Positions 8,189 through 17,401 are shown, counted from the stretch's first letter. The stretch: DNA of 64,000 nt from Acidimicrobiales bacterium (GCA_050744325.1 JBOGHK010000007.1:77-64076); one strand, 5' to 3'. The notes: generated by a model from the sequence alone, not told the origin. A program made the numbers and translations.

Positions 8189-10209
8189 CCGAATCCGCTA
8201 CGGCGGAAGTCGGTTCACCGGCGACATCCGCTACGGCGGAAGTCGACCCGGTGCTGCTCGAGATCGTCGAGGGGACGCTGGCGTCGATCGAAGCCGAGGT
8301 CGAAGACCAGATCGGCCGCACGTCGCGCTCGCCGATGATCCGCGACCAGCACGACTTCCGGGCGGGGATCCACGACCGCCGGCTGCGCAAGCTGACCGGC
8401 CGGTCCTACTCGGCGCTGGTACACCCCGTGGTCCGCGACTTCCCGATCGAGACGATGCGGCCGGGCGACATCTTCTTCCACAACGACGTGTACCTGTCCG
8501 AGGGCGGCATCGGCCACCTGCCCGATCTCTGCGTCACCGTGCCGGTGTTCCACGACGACGAGGTGGTCGCGTTCGTCCAGGCCTTCGGGCACCACGACGA
8601 CATCGGGGGGTCGGTCCCCGGGTCGATGCCGTCCCACGCCACCTCGGTGTTCGAGGAAGGCCTGATGGTGCCGCCGGTCAAGCTGCACGACGCGGGGGTG
8701 CCCAACGACGGCGTGATCCGGATCCTGACCCGCAACTCGCGGATGCCCGACTCGATCGCCGGCGACCTCGATGCCGAGTGCTCCGCGTGCCTGATGGGCG
8801 CGACCCGGGTGGCCGACCTGTTCACCCGCTACGGCCGCCCCGCCGTCGAGGGGTGCTTCGACGCGATCGTTGCGTCGTGCGCCGAGACCTTCCGGCGCGA
8901 GCTGCTGGCCAAGATCCCCGACGGGACCTGGACCTGGGAGGACTACGCCGAGCACGACGGTGTCGACGAGCCCCGGCTGCACCGCCAGCGGATCACGCTC
9001 ACCAAGACCGCCGACCGGCTGGTGCTCGACCTCACCGGCACCAGCCCGCAGGCCAAGGGCCCGATCAACCATGCGGGCAACTACGCGGACGGCAACTTCC
9101 TGAAGAAGTGGCTGGCGCCGATCCTGCGCAACCTGGCCGACACGCCCGAACGCATGGCCGAGCTGGACGTCAACGAGGGCGTGGTCGAGCTGATCGACAT
9201 CCGCTTCCCGCCGCCGGGCACGCTGGTGACGCCCGAGTTCCCCGCGCCGACCAACGCCCGCACGTTCGTGATCCTACGGCTGCTCGGGGTGCTGGCCGGC
9301 GTGATCGCCAAGGCCGTCGACGGCTACATGCCCGCTGACCAGGAGACCATCCGCTACACAGGGATCTCCGGCCACGACGCCGACGGTCGCTGGTACCTCA
9401 ACCGCGAGATCCTCGGGGGCGGGTCAGGCGGCCGCTACTACGCCGACGGCAGCGACACCATCCACGTGGTGCCCGAGTCGCGGAACCTGCCGGTCGAGTT
9501 CGTCGAGGCCCGGTTCCCGGTGCGGGTCGAGACGCTGGGCCTGGCCACCGACTCAGGCGGCGCTGGGACGTTCCGGGGCGGGCTCGGCTATCGCAAGGAG
9601 ATCCGGGTGCTGCACGACGCGAGCTTCATGTCGGTTGCCGACCGCTCGATCCTGTCGTGCTGGGGCGTGCGAGGCGGCAAGGCCGGCACGCCGTTCCGGG
9701 TCACCATCGACCCCGGCGGGGCGGGCGAGCGGGTGATGCCGGGCTTGTGCGACTGGGAGCCGGTCGCCGCGGGCGAGGTGGTCCGCATCGAGACCACCGG
9801 CGGTGGCGGGTGGGGTGACCCCCTGGAGCGTGATCCGTCGCGGGTGGCGCTCGACGTGCGCCAGGGCAAGGTCAGCCGGGAGGCCGCGGCGCGGGACTAC
9901 GGCGTCCTGTTCGCCGATCCCGTTGCCACCCTCGATGGCAGTGGTCCGGCTGGCCCGGGTGGCCAGGCGGGTGGTGGTCCGGTCGGCGATGGTCGCAGTG
10001 GTGCCGATAGCGGCGGTGGTCGCGGTAGCCCCGCCGACGACGGCGGGCGGGACGAGGACCCCGTGGTGGACGGGGTGGCGACGGCGGCGTTACGGGCGCG
10101 GCTGACCGCCGAGCGGGGAGTGCCGCCGATGTTCGACCGCGGTCCCGGTTATCCGACGCTCGCCGATGGCGCCAGCCACGCCGCGGTGGACGACCTGCCG
10201 ACGCGATAG
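8185..10209 (+). CDS. hyuB: Hydantoinase B/oxoprolinase family subunit
   Basis: Start at ATG 8185 (ATGA overlap). DPVLLEIVEGTLASIEAEV..RTSRSPMIRDQHDFRAGI and GGGGWGDPLERDP are typical of HyuB. Carries an extra Gly-rich C-terminal insert. Confidence 0.85.
   Translation: MTESATAEVGSPATSATAEVDPVLLEIVEGTLASIEAEVEDQIGRTSRSPMIRDQHDFRAGIHDRRLRKLTGRSYSALVHPVVRDFPIETMRPGDIFFHNDVYLSEGGIGHLPDLCVTVPVFHDDEVVAFVQAFGHHDDIGGSVPGSMPSHATSVFEEGLMVPPVKLHDAGVPNDGVIRILTRNSRMPDSIAGDLDAECSACLMGATRVADLFTRYGRPAVEGCFDAIVASCAETFRRELLAKIPDGTWTWEDYAEHDGVDEPRLHRQRITLTKTADRLVLDLTGTSPQAKGPINHAGNYADGNFLKKWLAPILRNLADTPERMAELDVNEGVVELIDIRFPPPGTLVTPEFPAPTNARTFVILRLLGVLAGVIAKAVDGYMPADQETIRYTGISGHDADGRWYLNREILGGGSGGRYYADGSDTIHVVPESRNLPVEFVEARFPVRVETLGLATDSGGAGTFRGGLGYRKEIRVLHDASFMSVADRSILSCWGVRGGKAGTPFRVTIDPGGAGERVMPGLCDWEPVAAGEVVRIETTGGGGWGDPLERDPSRVALDVRQGKVSREAAARDYGVLFADPVATLDGSGPAGPGGQAGGGPVGDGRSGADSGGGRGSPADDGGRDEDPVVDGVATAALRARLTAERGVPPMFDRGPGYPTLADGASHAAVDDLPTR
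8193..8245 (+). repeat. 20-bp perfect direct repeat x2 (ATCCGCTACGGCGGAAGTCG), 33-bp period, in frame in the hyuB 5' end
   Basis: Copies at 8193-8212 and 8226-8245. They encode a duplicated SATAEV. Confidence 0.8.
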
Positions 10210-10305
10210 TGGTCGCCCGGCGAGCATGGCTGGCAGGGTGGCGAGACCATCCTGGCGCTCTTGGCCGATGACAGACGGTGGGACGGATCGGCGCATCAAA
10301 TCCGG

Positions 10306-10983
10306 TCAGGTGACCAGCGAGCGGGCCCAGCCGTAGAGGGTGCGGGGCATGTCGACGACCCGGCTGGCGACGGCGACGGCCGGGCTGATCCCGTGCTCGG
10401 GGTCGTTCGGTCGCAATGTGGCGGCGAACCAGATCTGCTCGATGGTCGGCGGGCCGGTCGCGATCTGGGCGAGCACCGACGGGTCCTGGCCGTGGGCGGC
10501 CTCGTAGGCGGCGGCGAGCGACGTCGAGCGCCCGACCCCGCCGCCGCAGTGGGCGAACACCCGGCCCTCGGCACCCTCGACCAGGTCGAGGAAGCGGCGG
10601 ATCTGCTCGGGGGTCGGCGCCCGGCCGTCGGGGATCGGGAGCGCCACGTAGTCCAAGCCCAGGTCGGCCAAGGCGTCGCGGTCGTCCTCGGTGGCATCGG
10701 CCGGGCTACCGGTGCGGACGTCGATCACCAGCGTGACCCCGTGCTCGACCAGCCCCCGGTACTCCTCGGTCGTCGTCTGGCCGCCGACCAGCAGGCCGTC
10801 GTCGACCAGCCGGAGATGGCGGATCGAGGGCCAGCTCTCGTCGTGGAGCCGAGGATCCTTCCCTGCCCAGCGCGCGCCGAATCCGGCCAGCGTGATCGTC
10901 GCGTTGACCGTGACGAACACCCCCAGCCACGCGCCCGTGACCAGGCCGAGGATCTGCAGCGGGCGGCGGGGTATGCGCGTCAT
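10306..10983 (-). CDS. Membrane-anchored dual-specificity/tyrosine phosphatase (CX5R)
   Basis: HCGGGVGRS P-loop. N-terminal TM segment LQILGLVTGAWLGVFVTV. Start taken at internal ATG 10983 (MTRIPRRPLQ). Confidence 0.7.
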   Translation of the reverse strand: MTRIPRRPLQILGLVTGAWLGVFVTVNATITLAGFGARWAGKDPRLHDESWPSIRHLRLVDDGLLVGGQTTTEEYRGLVEHGVTLVIDVRTGSPADATEDDRDALADLGLDYVALPIPDGRAPTPEQIRRFLDLVEGAEGRVFAHCGGGVGRSTSLAAAYEAAHGQDPSVLAQIATGPPTIEQIWFAATLRPNDPEHGISPAVAVASRVVDMPRTLYGWARSLVT

Positions 10984-11163
10984 TGCCGTAGTCTCGCTCC
11001 CGTTGCACGCCCGGCGTCGTCCGCTCGTGGCGGTCGACAGCTGGATATCTCCGGGTAAGCCGTGGTTAAGGGGCTTGGGATGGGATGATCCCGTCACCGC
11101 CCTGGGCCGGAACTACCGCCTCACCGGTTTAGGGCGGTGACAGCTCGCGCGGGGCGGATCCCC

Positions 11164-14100
11164 CTACGCCCCGATCAGGCGCCGATGCAGCTGCCGGGTG
11201 CTCTCCGACGGTTCGACCCCGAGCTCGGCGAGGGCCTCCATGCAGCGCACCAGCAGCCGCTGCGCACCTGAGCGGTCGCGGCGGGCCAGGGCGGCGCCCA
11301 CCAGCACCCCGTAGGCCTCCTCGGCCCGGGTGTCGACCTCCAGCGCCCGGTGGGCGACGGCTTCGGCGCGGTCGGTGTCGCCCTGCGCGAGCAGGAGCTG
11401 CCCGGCCCGGACGGCTGAGCTCACGAACCGGGTTCGGTAGTGCTCCCGAGGTAGCGAGATCCACTCACCGTCACCGACGTCGGCGTAGAGGTCGCCCCGG
11501 TAGAGCGCGACCGCTGCCAGGTGGTGGTCGAGCGCGAGCGACGGTGCCCCGTCCTCCTCGGCCTGCGCGGCGGCGGCGCGATGGTCGTCGAACTCGTCGA
11601 CATCGATGCGCAGGTGCTCGCCGGCGGCCAGCCGCACGGCCTGGCCGTCCAGCCGCACCAGATAGGAAGGGTCGCGGCTGTCCCGCCATGGCTCCAGCAA
11701 CCGCAACAGCCGGCTGAGGGTCACGGCCAGGTTGTTGCCAGCGGCCCGTTCGTCGAGGTCGGGCCACAGCGCCCCGATGATGCGGCTGCGGGTGGTGTGG
11801 CGGTGGCTGGTCAGGTAGGCCACCAGGACCTGGATGCGCTGGCGGTGCAGGTCGGGATCGACGAGCTCCTCGCCGTCCCAGCCGTCGCGTCGCACCGCCA
11901 GCGGGCCGAGCACCGCGAGGTAGGTCGATCGGGGAGGCGGTGCCGGCGACGCCGCGAGCAGCACCTTCGCGGCCTTGGGCTCGCCGGGGGCATTGGCCAG
12001 GGCCCGGACGGCCTCGCGGCCCGGCGCACCGAGGGCGTCGAGCAGCGCGGCACCCTCGGACCGGCCGACCGCGGCGAGCCCCACGGCGAGCTCGGCCGCG
12101 TGGCGGAAGTGCAGCGTCGACCGGGTGATCCCGATCGGCGGGAGGTCGGCCGTGCGCAGCGGGGCGTCCCAGCCCGCATGGGTCGCGACGACCAGTGCCG
12201 CCAGGTCGCGAGCGATGGCCAGATGACCCGTCAGCGGCGCGCCGTCCCAGTGCTTGCGGGCTTCGGGCACCAGGATGTAGCTGAGCGACAGGGTGTGGCG
12301 CCACCAGCGACGGGTCACCCCGCGTTCGATGCCCTCGCGTGCCACGAGGTCGGTGAGGGTCCTGGACGCCTCGGCCTCGTGTCCCTCGGCCAGCTGGAGC
12401 GCGGCCGTGGCGAGCGCGCAGTGCAGCGACAGCCGTCCGGTCGCCGACGGGACGGTGACCATGGCTTCGTCGAGGAGGCGCTGGGCGGCGGCCACGTCGC
12501 CGATCTGGGAGAAGGCGACGCTGGCATGGTTGAGGACCGACGCCAGCAGGAAGCCCAGTCCCATCACCCGCCCGGCGGCCAGGAGGCCGGGGAGCCGCTC
12601 GATGAACTCGTCGATCTGCCCGAGGGACCACGTGGCCATCAGGCGTGGGCAGTCGATGACGAACTGCAGGGCGGGATCCAGCCCCGACGCCACCGGGGCC
12701 AGGATCCGGGCGACAGCCTCGGGCTGACCGCGATCGACGTGCACCCAGGCGCTCAACGCGATGGCGTACGCCTCGAACGTCGGGGGCAGCACGCCGGACG
12801 TGACCCGCGCGAGATGGTCGAGGACGCCCTGGTCGTTGCCGGCGATGTCCTCCATCAGAGCGGCCTTGACCCGCATCATCGCCTCGGCAGCGGGGTCGCC
12901 GGTCGCTGCCAGCTCGGTGAGCCGGGGTGTCACCTCGGCAAGGACGTCGAGATCCTGCCGCCACCAGGCCAGCGTCCCGCGATGCGCGATGGCGAGCAGC
13001 TCGGCGGCATCGTCGCCTTCGGCCTGGCTGCGCGACATCGCCATGCGCAGCGGCTCGTCCGCTCGGCGCGGCGTCGCCAGCGACGCGTGGACCGCGGTGG
13101 TCAGGACACCTGCCGCCGAGTCGCGGACCTCGGGCGGGCAGGCGGCGAGCCAGCGGCTCAGCTGGCCGGCGGACACGCGGTCGCTGGCCAGGCACGCGGC
13201 GCGGAGCACACCCGGGACGGCGTCCCAGAGCTCGCCGCCTTCGGCCAGCGTGAACGCCTCGCCGAACCACCTCCGTTCGACCAGGTGGGTGGCAGCCCGG
13301 CGTCGCAGTCCCGCACGCTCACCGGAGGCCAACACGATGTCGGGCGTCGAGCGCCACAGGCTGTGCGGCACGTACCAGCCGCCCTCTCGTCGGCCGACCA
13401 GCGGCACGCCGTCGAACACCTGGGCCAGGTTGACGCGCATGCCGAGCGCTGCGGACGCGAGGTCGTCATCGGCGCCGCCGAGATCGCACACGGCAGCGAG
13501 GACCTGCCGCTTGAGCGGCCCAAGCGGTTCGAGGACCTGCTCCCACAGGTAGGACCCGGTCACGTTCGGCCCGACGCTGGCCGCCAGCTCGGCCATGGCT
13601 GGCCAGCCTCCCGTGCTCGCGACGCGGTCGGGCTCGAGGCCGCGGTTGGCGGCGAAGGACGAGAGCTCGTCGTCGGAGAACCGCAGCTCGTCCTCCAGGA
13701 GCTGCAGCACGGCCCCTTGGCCGCGATACCGGCTCAGCGGCACCGGCGGGTCGGCCCGGCTCGCGAACACCACGTGGCCGTTGGCCGGCAGGACGTCGAC
13801 CAGCCCGGCGAGCCACGTCGCACCGGTGGAGCCGGGGGGCACGAGGTGGACGTCGTCAAGGACCAGGCAGGCCTCGGCGGGCGCCCGCTGCCAGACGGCG
13901 TCGGCGATGGTCGCGGGATCGATGACCGACGGCCCCCGGCTCACCCCGTCGACCCCTGCATCGTCCGCGCCCGAGCTGGCCAGTGCGGTGGCCACCACGT
14001 GCGCCAGGCGGTCAGCGTGGGCGTCGGACGGGTCGACGGCGATCCAGAGGTCTTCGCCGCGCGGGGCGAGGAGGTTCTCCGCGATGGCCTGCGCGAGCAG

Positions 14101-14241
14101 CGTCGTCTTCCCGAGGCCCGGGCCACCGGCGAGATAGGTGATGCGATGCTGCCAGCGCTGGCTGAGCGAGCGCAGCAGCCGTGGCCGGGGCAGCAGGTCG
14201 GGCCGCGGCTCCGGTGGTACGAACCGGAACGAGCGAGACAT
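11164..14241 (-). CDS. MalT/LAL-like P-loop ATPase with C-terminal SARP module (OmpR-type wHTH + BTAD)
   Basis: N-terminal Walker A GGPGLGKTTLL and LVLDDVH. The last ~250 aa (LGPLAVRRDG..LVAYLTSHRHTTRSRIIGALWPD..NNLAVTLSRLLRLL..AVALYRGDLYADV) look like a SARP DNA-binding domain plus BTAD. Confidence 0.75.
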   Translation of the reverse strand: MSRSFRFVPPEPRPDLLPRPRLLRSLSQRWQHRITYLAGGPGLGKTTLLAQAIAENLLAPRGEDLWIAVDPSDAHADRLAHVVATALASSGADDAGVDGVSRGPSVIDPATIADAVWQRAPAEACLVLDDVHLVPPGSTGATWLAGLVDVLPANGHVVFASRADPPVPLSRYRGQGAVLQLLEDELRFSDDELSSFAANRGLEPDRVASTGGWPAMAELAASVGPNVTGSYLWEQVLEPLGPLKRQVLAAVCDLGGADDDLASAALGMRVNLAQVFDGVPLVGRREGGWYVPHSLWRSTPDIVLASGERAGLRRRAATHLVERRWFGEAFTLAEGGELWDAVPGVLRAACLASDRVSAGQLSRWLAACPPEVRDSAAGVLTTAVHASLATPRRADEPLRMAMSRSQAEGDDAAELLAIAHRGTLAWWRQDLDVLAEVTPRLTELAATGDPAAEAMMRVKAALMEDIAGNDQGVLDHLARVTSGVLPPTFEAYAIALSAWVHVDRGQPEAVARILAPVASGLDPALQFVIDCPRLMATWSLGQIDEFIERLPGLLAAGRVMGLGFLLASVLNHASVAFSQIGDVAAAQRLLDEAMVTVPSATGRLSLHCALATAALQLAEGHEAEASRTLTDLVAREGIERGVTRRWWRHTLSLSYILVPEARKHWDGAPLTGHLAIARDLAALVVATHAGWDAPLRTADLPPIGITRSTLHFRHAAELAVGLAAVGRSEGAALLDALGAPGREAVRALANAPGEPKAAKVLLAASPAPPPRSTYLAVLGPLAVRRDGWDGEELVDPDLHRQRIQVLVAYLTSHRHTTRSRIIGALWPDLDERAAGNNLAVTLSRLLRLLEPWRDSRDPSYLVRLDGQAVRLAAGEHLRIDVDEFDDHRAAAAQAEEDGAPSLALDHHLAAVALYRGDLYADVGDGEWISLPREHYRTRFVSSAVRAGQLLLAQGDTDRAEAVAHRALEVDTRAEEAYGVLVGAALARRDRSGAQRLLVRCMEALAELGVEPSESTRQLHRRLIGA

Positions 14242-14429
14242 GGCCTGTCCACCGTACGACGTCCGGCGGACCTAGGTCGGCCGAAACACTCGTTCTGTGT
14301 ACGGCAACCCCGGCGTTTCCTGCCAGGTCGAGCACTCAGAACCGTGGGGTCAGGGGCGAACGGCCGCGGGCATCGGGCCACCATGCCCGACATGGGTCGG
14401 ACCGCACCTCGGGCGTGCCGACCCGTTCG

Positions 14430-15668
14430 CTACCGCCTCGGGCCGACCGGGGCCGTCGGGGTGAAGGCGACCGGCATCCGTTCGTAGCCGGTGATGAAGT
14501 TCGCCTCGCGCCAGGCCAGCTGCGACTCGTCGCCGATCTCGTCGGCCAAGCGCAGGTCTGGCAGTCGCTCGGCCAACCGGTCGACCATGATCCGCAGCTC
14601 GACGCGGGCCAGGCTGTTGCCCAGGCAGAAGTGGGAGCCGAAGCCGAAGGCGACATGCTCGTTGGGCTCGCGCCGGATGTCGAAGCGGAACGGGTCGGCG
14701 AACACCTCCCCGTCGCGATTCGCCGAGGGGTAGACCAGCAGCACCTGGTCGCCCTCGGCCATGACCTGGCCCCGCAGCTCGGCGTCGCGGGTCACCGTGC
14801 GGTTCATGTTCTTGATCGGCGACACCCAGCGCAGCATCTCCTCCACCGCGGTCGACAGGACGCTGCGGTCCTGGTGCAGCTGACGCCACTGCTCGGGATG
14901 GGTGATCAGTTGGAGCACGCCGCCCGACAGCACGTGGCGGGTGGTCTCGTCGCCACCGATCAGGATCAGCAGCGACTCGTGCACCAGGCTGTCGGCGTCG
15001 AGCCGGTCGCCGTCGACCTCGGCGCGGACCAGCACGCTCATCAGGTCGTCGGTCGGCTCGGCGCGCCGGTCCGCGATCACCCGGGTCGCGTACTCCTGGT
15101 ACTCCACGAACGCCTCGGCAGCTCGGAGCAGGGCCGGGTTCTCGGGGTCGTCCAGCCCGACCAGACCGCGCAGCAGGTCGTCGGACCACCGCATCAGCGT
15201 GTCCCGGTCCTCGGGGGCGACGCCCAGCGCGTCGCCGATCATGATCAGCGGCAGGGGAGCGGCGATGTCCCACACGAAGTCGCACTCACCGCGCTCGCAC
15301 ACCCGGTCGATGATGTCGTCGCATACCCGGCGGACCTTCGCCTCCTGGTCGCGCACCTGGCGGGGGGTGAAGCCCCGGTTCACCAGCTTGCGGCGCTGCC
15401 AGTGCTGGGGGTCGTCCATGTCGATCATCATCGGCAGCGCCGGCGAGTCGGGTCGGATGCCCTGCGCGCTCGACCACACGTCCGGGGCCTTGGCGACCGC
15501 CTTCAGGTCGTGGTAGCGGGTGATCGCCCAGACGCCGCTGGTCTCGTCGAAGTAGACGGGCGCGTGCTCGCGCATCCAGCTGAACACGTCGTGCGGGTTG
15601 CGACCCCAGAACGCCCCGCTGACGAGGTCCACGTCGGGATGCGTGGGGTGGTCGACCCGGCGCGCCAT
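14430..15668 (-). CDS. Cytochrome P450
   Basis: Heme loop FGFGSHFCLGNSLAR and ExxR (EEMLRW). Start at internal ATG 15668 (MARRVDHPTHPDVDL). The longer ORF would overlap the upstream lipoprotein gene. Confidence 0.85.
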   Translation of the reverse strand: MARRVDHPTHPDVDLVSGAFWGRNPHDVFSWMREHAPVYFDETSGVWAITRYHDLKAVAKAPDVWSSAQGIRPDSPALPMMIDMDDPQHWQRRKLVNRGFTPRQVRDQEAKVRRVCDDIIDRVCERGECDFVWDIAAPLPLIMIGDALGVAPEDRDTLMRWSDDLLRGLVGLDDPENPALLRAAEAFVEYQEYATRVIADRRAEPTDDLMSVLVRAEVDGDRLDADSLVHESLLILIGGDETTRHVLSGGVLQLITHPEQWRQLHQDRSVLSTAVEEMLRWVSPIKNMNRTVTRDAELRGQVMAEGDQVLLVYPSANRDGEVFADPFRFDIRREPNEHVAFGFGSHFCLGNSLARVELRIMVDRLAERLPDLRLADEIGDESQLAWREANFITGYERMPVAFTPTAPVGPRR

Positions 15669-15693
15669 GCCCGGATTCTGACACACCGTCAGG

Positions 15694-17286
15694 TCAGCGG
15701 CAGGGGAGCGGTTGGCCGGCCTCGTCGAGGAGCTGGACGGTCTCGGGCTCGGCGGTCGTGGCGCAGTCCGGTAGGAAGCCGAGGTCGTCCGGAGTGACGA
15801 GGACCGCCGCGCGCCGCTGATCTCCGGGCAGGACGACCAGTGGGACGTCGTCACCGTCACCGGTCGTCGTGTGGACCCGCATGGTGGCAGCCGGCAACGT
15901 GGTCATGACGACGACGAAGCCGGGAAACGTCTGGCCGTCCTCCAACTCCGTGGGTTCTGACATCAGCACCATGACGCTGCTGCCCACCGTGCCTGAGCTG
16001 CTCGACGTGCACACTCGCTCGCCCGTGGCCAGCTTCAGGCAGGGGTCGACCAGATACTGGCCCGTGGTGTCCGGATCGTCGGAACTGGAGCCCCAGCTGC
16101 CCAAGTTGCCGTCGTCGACCCGGCTCTGCAGCAACCACTCGATGCCGTCGGCGGTGCCGCGGGACAGCTCCACTGCGCCTTCGTCGGGGTGAAGGCCAGG
16201 GCCGCCCTGGGCTCGCAGCACCAGGTCGTCCCACTGCTCGGGTGTGCTGGGCTCGACCGAGGCCGCGACTGCGACCAGCTCATCCACCGATGGCAGGGCC
16301 TCGCCCTGGGCCACGACCAACAGGAGATCCCCCTCCTGAGTTGCGGTGGCCACGGCGCGGCGCGCGCCGTATCCGGTCTCGTCGCCTGACTGTTCCAGGA
16401 CGACACCCGGTCGACCGTCGACCTCCTGGGCGACCACGTCGAGCTCGCCCCAGAACGTGTGTCGGTGGAGGCTGGCAGCGGTCGCGTCGAGGTCGAGTGC
16501 CTGCCCGGGCAGCGTGTTGACCGCCACGGTCCCGGCGTCGGGCGACCAGGCGGTCCCCGGCTCGCCGACCGCCCACACCGCGCTGTGGGCGCGGTCGCCG
16601 GCCGGCAGCGAGTCGGAGCCCGGCCAGGGCGGACTGACGAGGGTGATCGCGACGTCGGCGTCTGCCGATCCGACGACCTCCAGGTCACCTGGAGGGTCGG
16701 GCACCAGCGGCGCGAGCAGGTGATCGGGCTCCGGCTCAACGGCGCGAGCGATCTCGACCATCTCGTCGCGGGTCGCATCCGCCGAGACCCGGACAGCCAG
16801 GTCGTCGCCGGCAACGACCACCAGATCGGCCGGCACCGGCTCGCCATCCTCGTCGTGGCCAGGCGAGTAGATCGCCGGCTGGCCGTCGATCTCGAAGTGC
16901 TCGCTGTCCTCGTCGAGGTAGCCCGCGGATGCCTGGTCGAGGCCGCCCTGGAACCCCTCGAAGCCGGTCAACGAAACCCGCACCACGTCCGGTCCGTCGG
17001 GATCTGCGCCTGGCGGCGCCAGGAGCGTGATCGGCTCGTCGTCGCCGAAGCTGTCCGACGACCAGGTCTGCGAGATCGTGCCGAGCCCCGCTTGGACCAG
17101 CCGGAATCCCTCGGGCTCGTGGGCAACCGTGAACGGCGACGACTCGGTGGTTGTGCCCGCCGGGTCGTCGGTGCCCCGCCCGGACGCCTCGAGCGCATCG
17201 CCGTCGTCCGAACCGCAGGCAACGGTGCCGAGGAGAAGGACCGCGGCCGCCTGGGTGATCGGCGCGCCGATCGGTCGTAGCTTCAC
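15694..17286 (-). CDS. Putative lipoprotein, no recognisable domain
   Basis: Signal peptide plus lipobox (AAAVLLLGTVACGSDDG). 530 aa, acidic. 25 nt upstream of the P450 start on the same strand. Confidence 0.6.
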   Translation of the reverse strand: MKLRPIGAPITQAAAVLLLGTVACGSDDGDALEASGRGTDDPAGTTTESSPFTVAHEPEGFRLVQAGLGTISQTWSSDSFGDDEPITLLAPPGADPDGPDVVRVSLTGFEGFQGGLDQASAGYLDEDSEHFEIDGQPAIYSPGHDEDGEPVPADLVVVAGDDLAVRVSADATRDEMVEIARAVEPEPDHLLAPLVPDPPGDLEVVGSADADVAITLVSPPWPGSDSLPAGDRAHSAVWAVGEPGTAWSPDAGTVAVNTLPGQALDLDATAASLHRHTFWGELDVVAQEVDGRPGVVLEQSGDETGYGARRAVATATQEGDLLLVVAQGEALPSVDELVAVAASVEPSTPEQWDDLVLRAQGGPGLHPDEGAVELSRGTADGIEWLLQSRVDDGNLGSWGSSSDDPDTTGQYLVDPCLKLATGERVCTSSSSGTVGSSVMVLMSEPTELEDGQTFPGFVVVMTTLPAATMRVHTTTGDGDDVPLVVLPGDQRRAAVLVTPDDLGFLPDCATTAEPETVQLLDEAGQPLPCR

Positions 17287-17340
17287 CTTGCCGACAGTAG
17301 GACGCGTGCCCCCGCCGGTGGCTTCACCGCTTCGGGTTCC

Positions 17341-17382
17341 GTGACCTGTTCCGTTGCGCGATCAGGCGACGGAACAGGTCAC
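17341..17382. promoter_or_regulatory. Perfect 14-bp inverted repeat GTGACCTGTTCCGT-N14-ACGGAACAGGTCAC in the divergent lipoprotein/dcp region
   Basis: Arms at 17341-17354 and 17369-17382, read directly. Lies upstream of the likely dcp start (GTG 17402). Confidence 0.6.
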
Positions 17383-17401
17383 AGAACGGCAGACTCGGAC
17401 G

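Noticed and set aside
11521-14487. 988-aa plus-strand ORF, the longest of several long ORFs on the strand opposite the ATPase-SARP gene
   Set aside because: It is exactly antisense to a gene with clear Walker A and SARP motifs. Its translation is Arg/Gly/Pro-rich with no motifs. This is the typical open antisense frame of high-GC DNA.
14242-15693. P450-associated mini-precursor (biarylitide/tryptorubin-style RiPP) next to the P450
   Set aside because: The 25-nt gap upstream and the 188-nt gap downstream contain no MxYxH-type or other convincing mini-ORF with an RBS. Only chance ORFs are present (for example MACPPYDVRRT, which overlaps the regulator's start).
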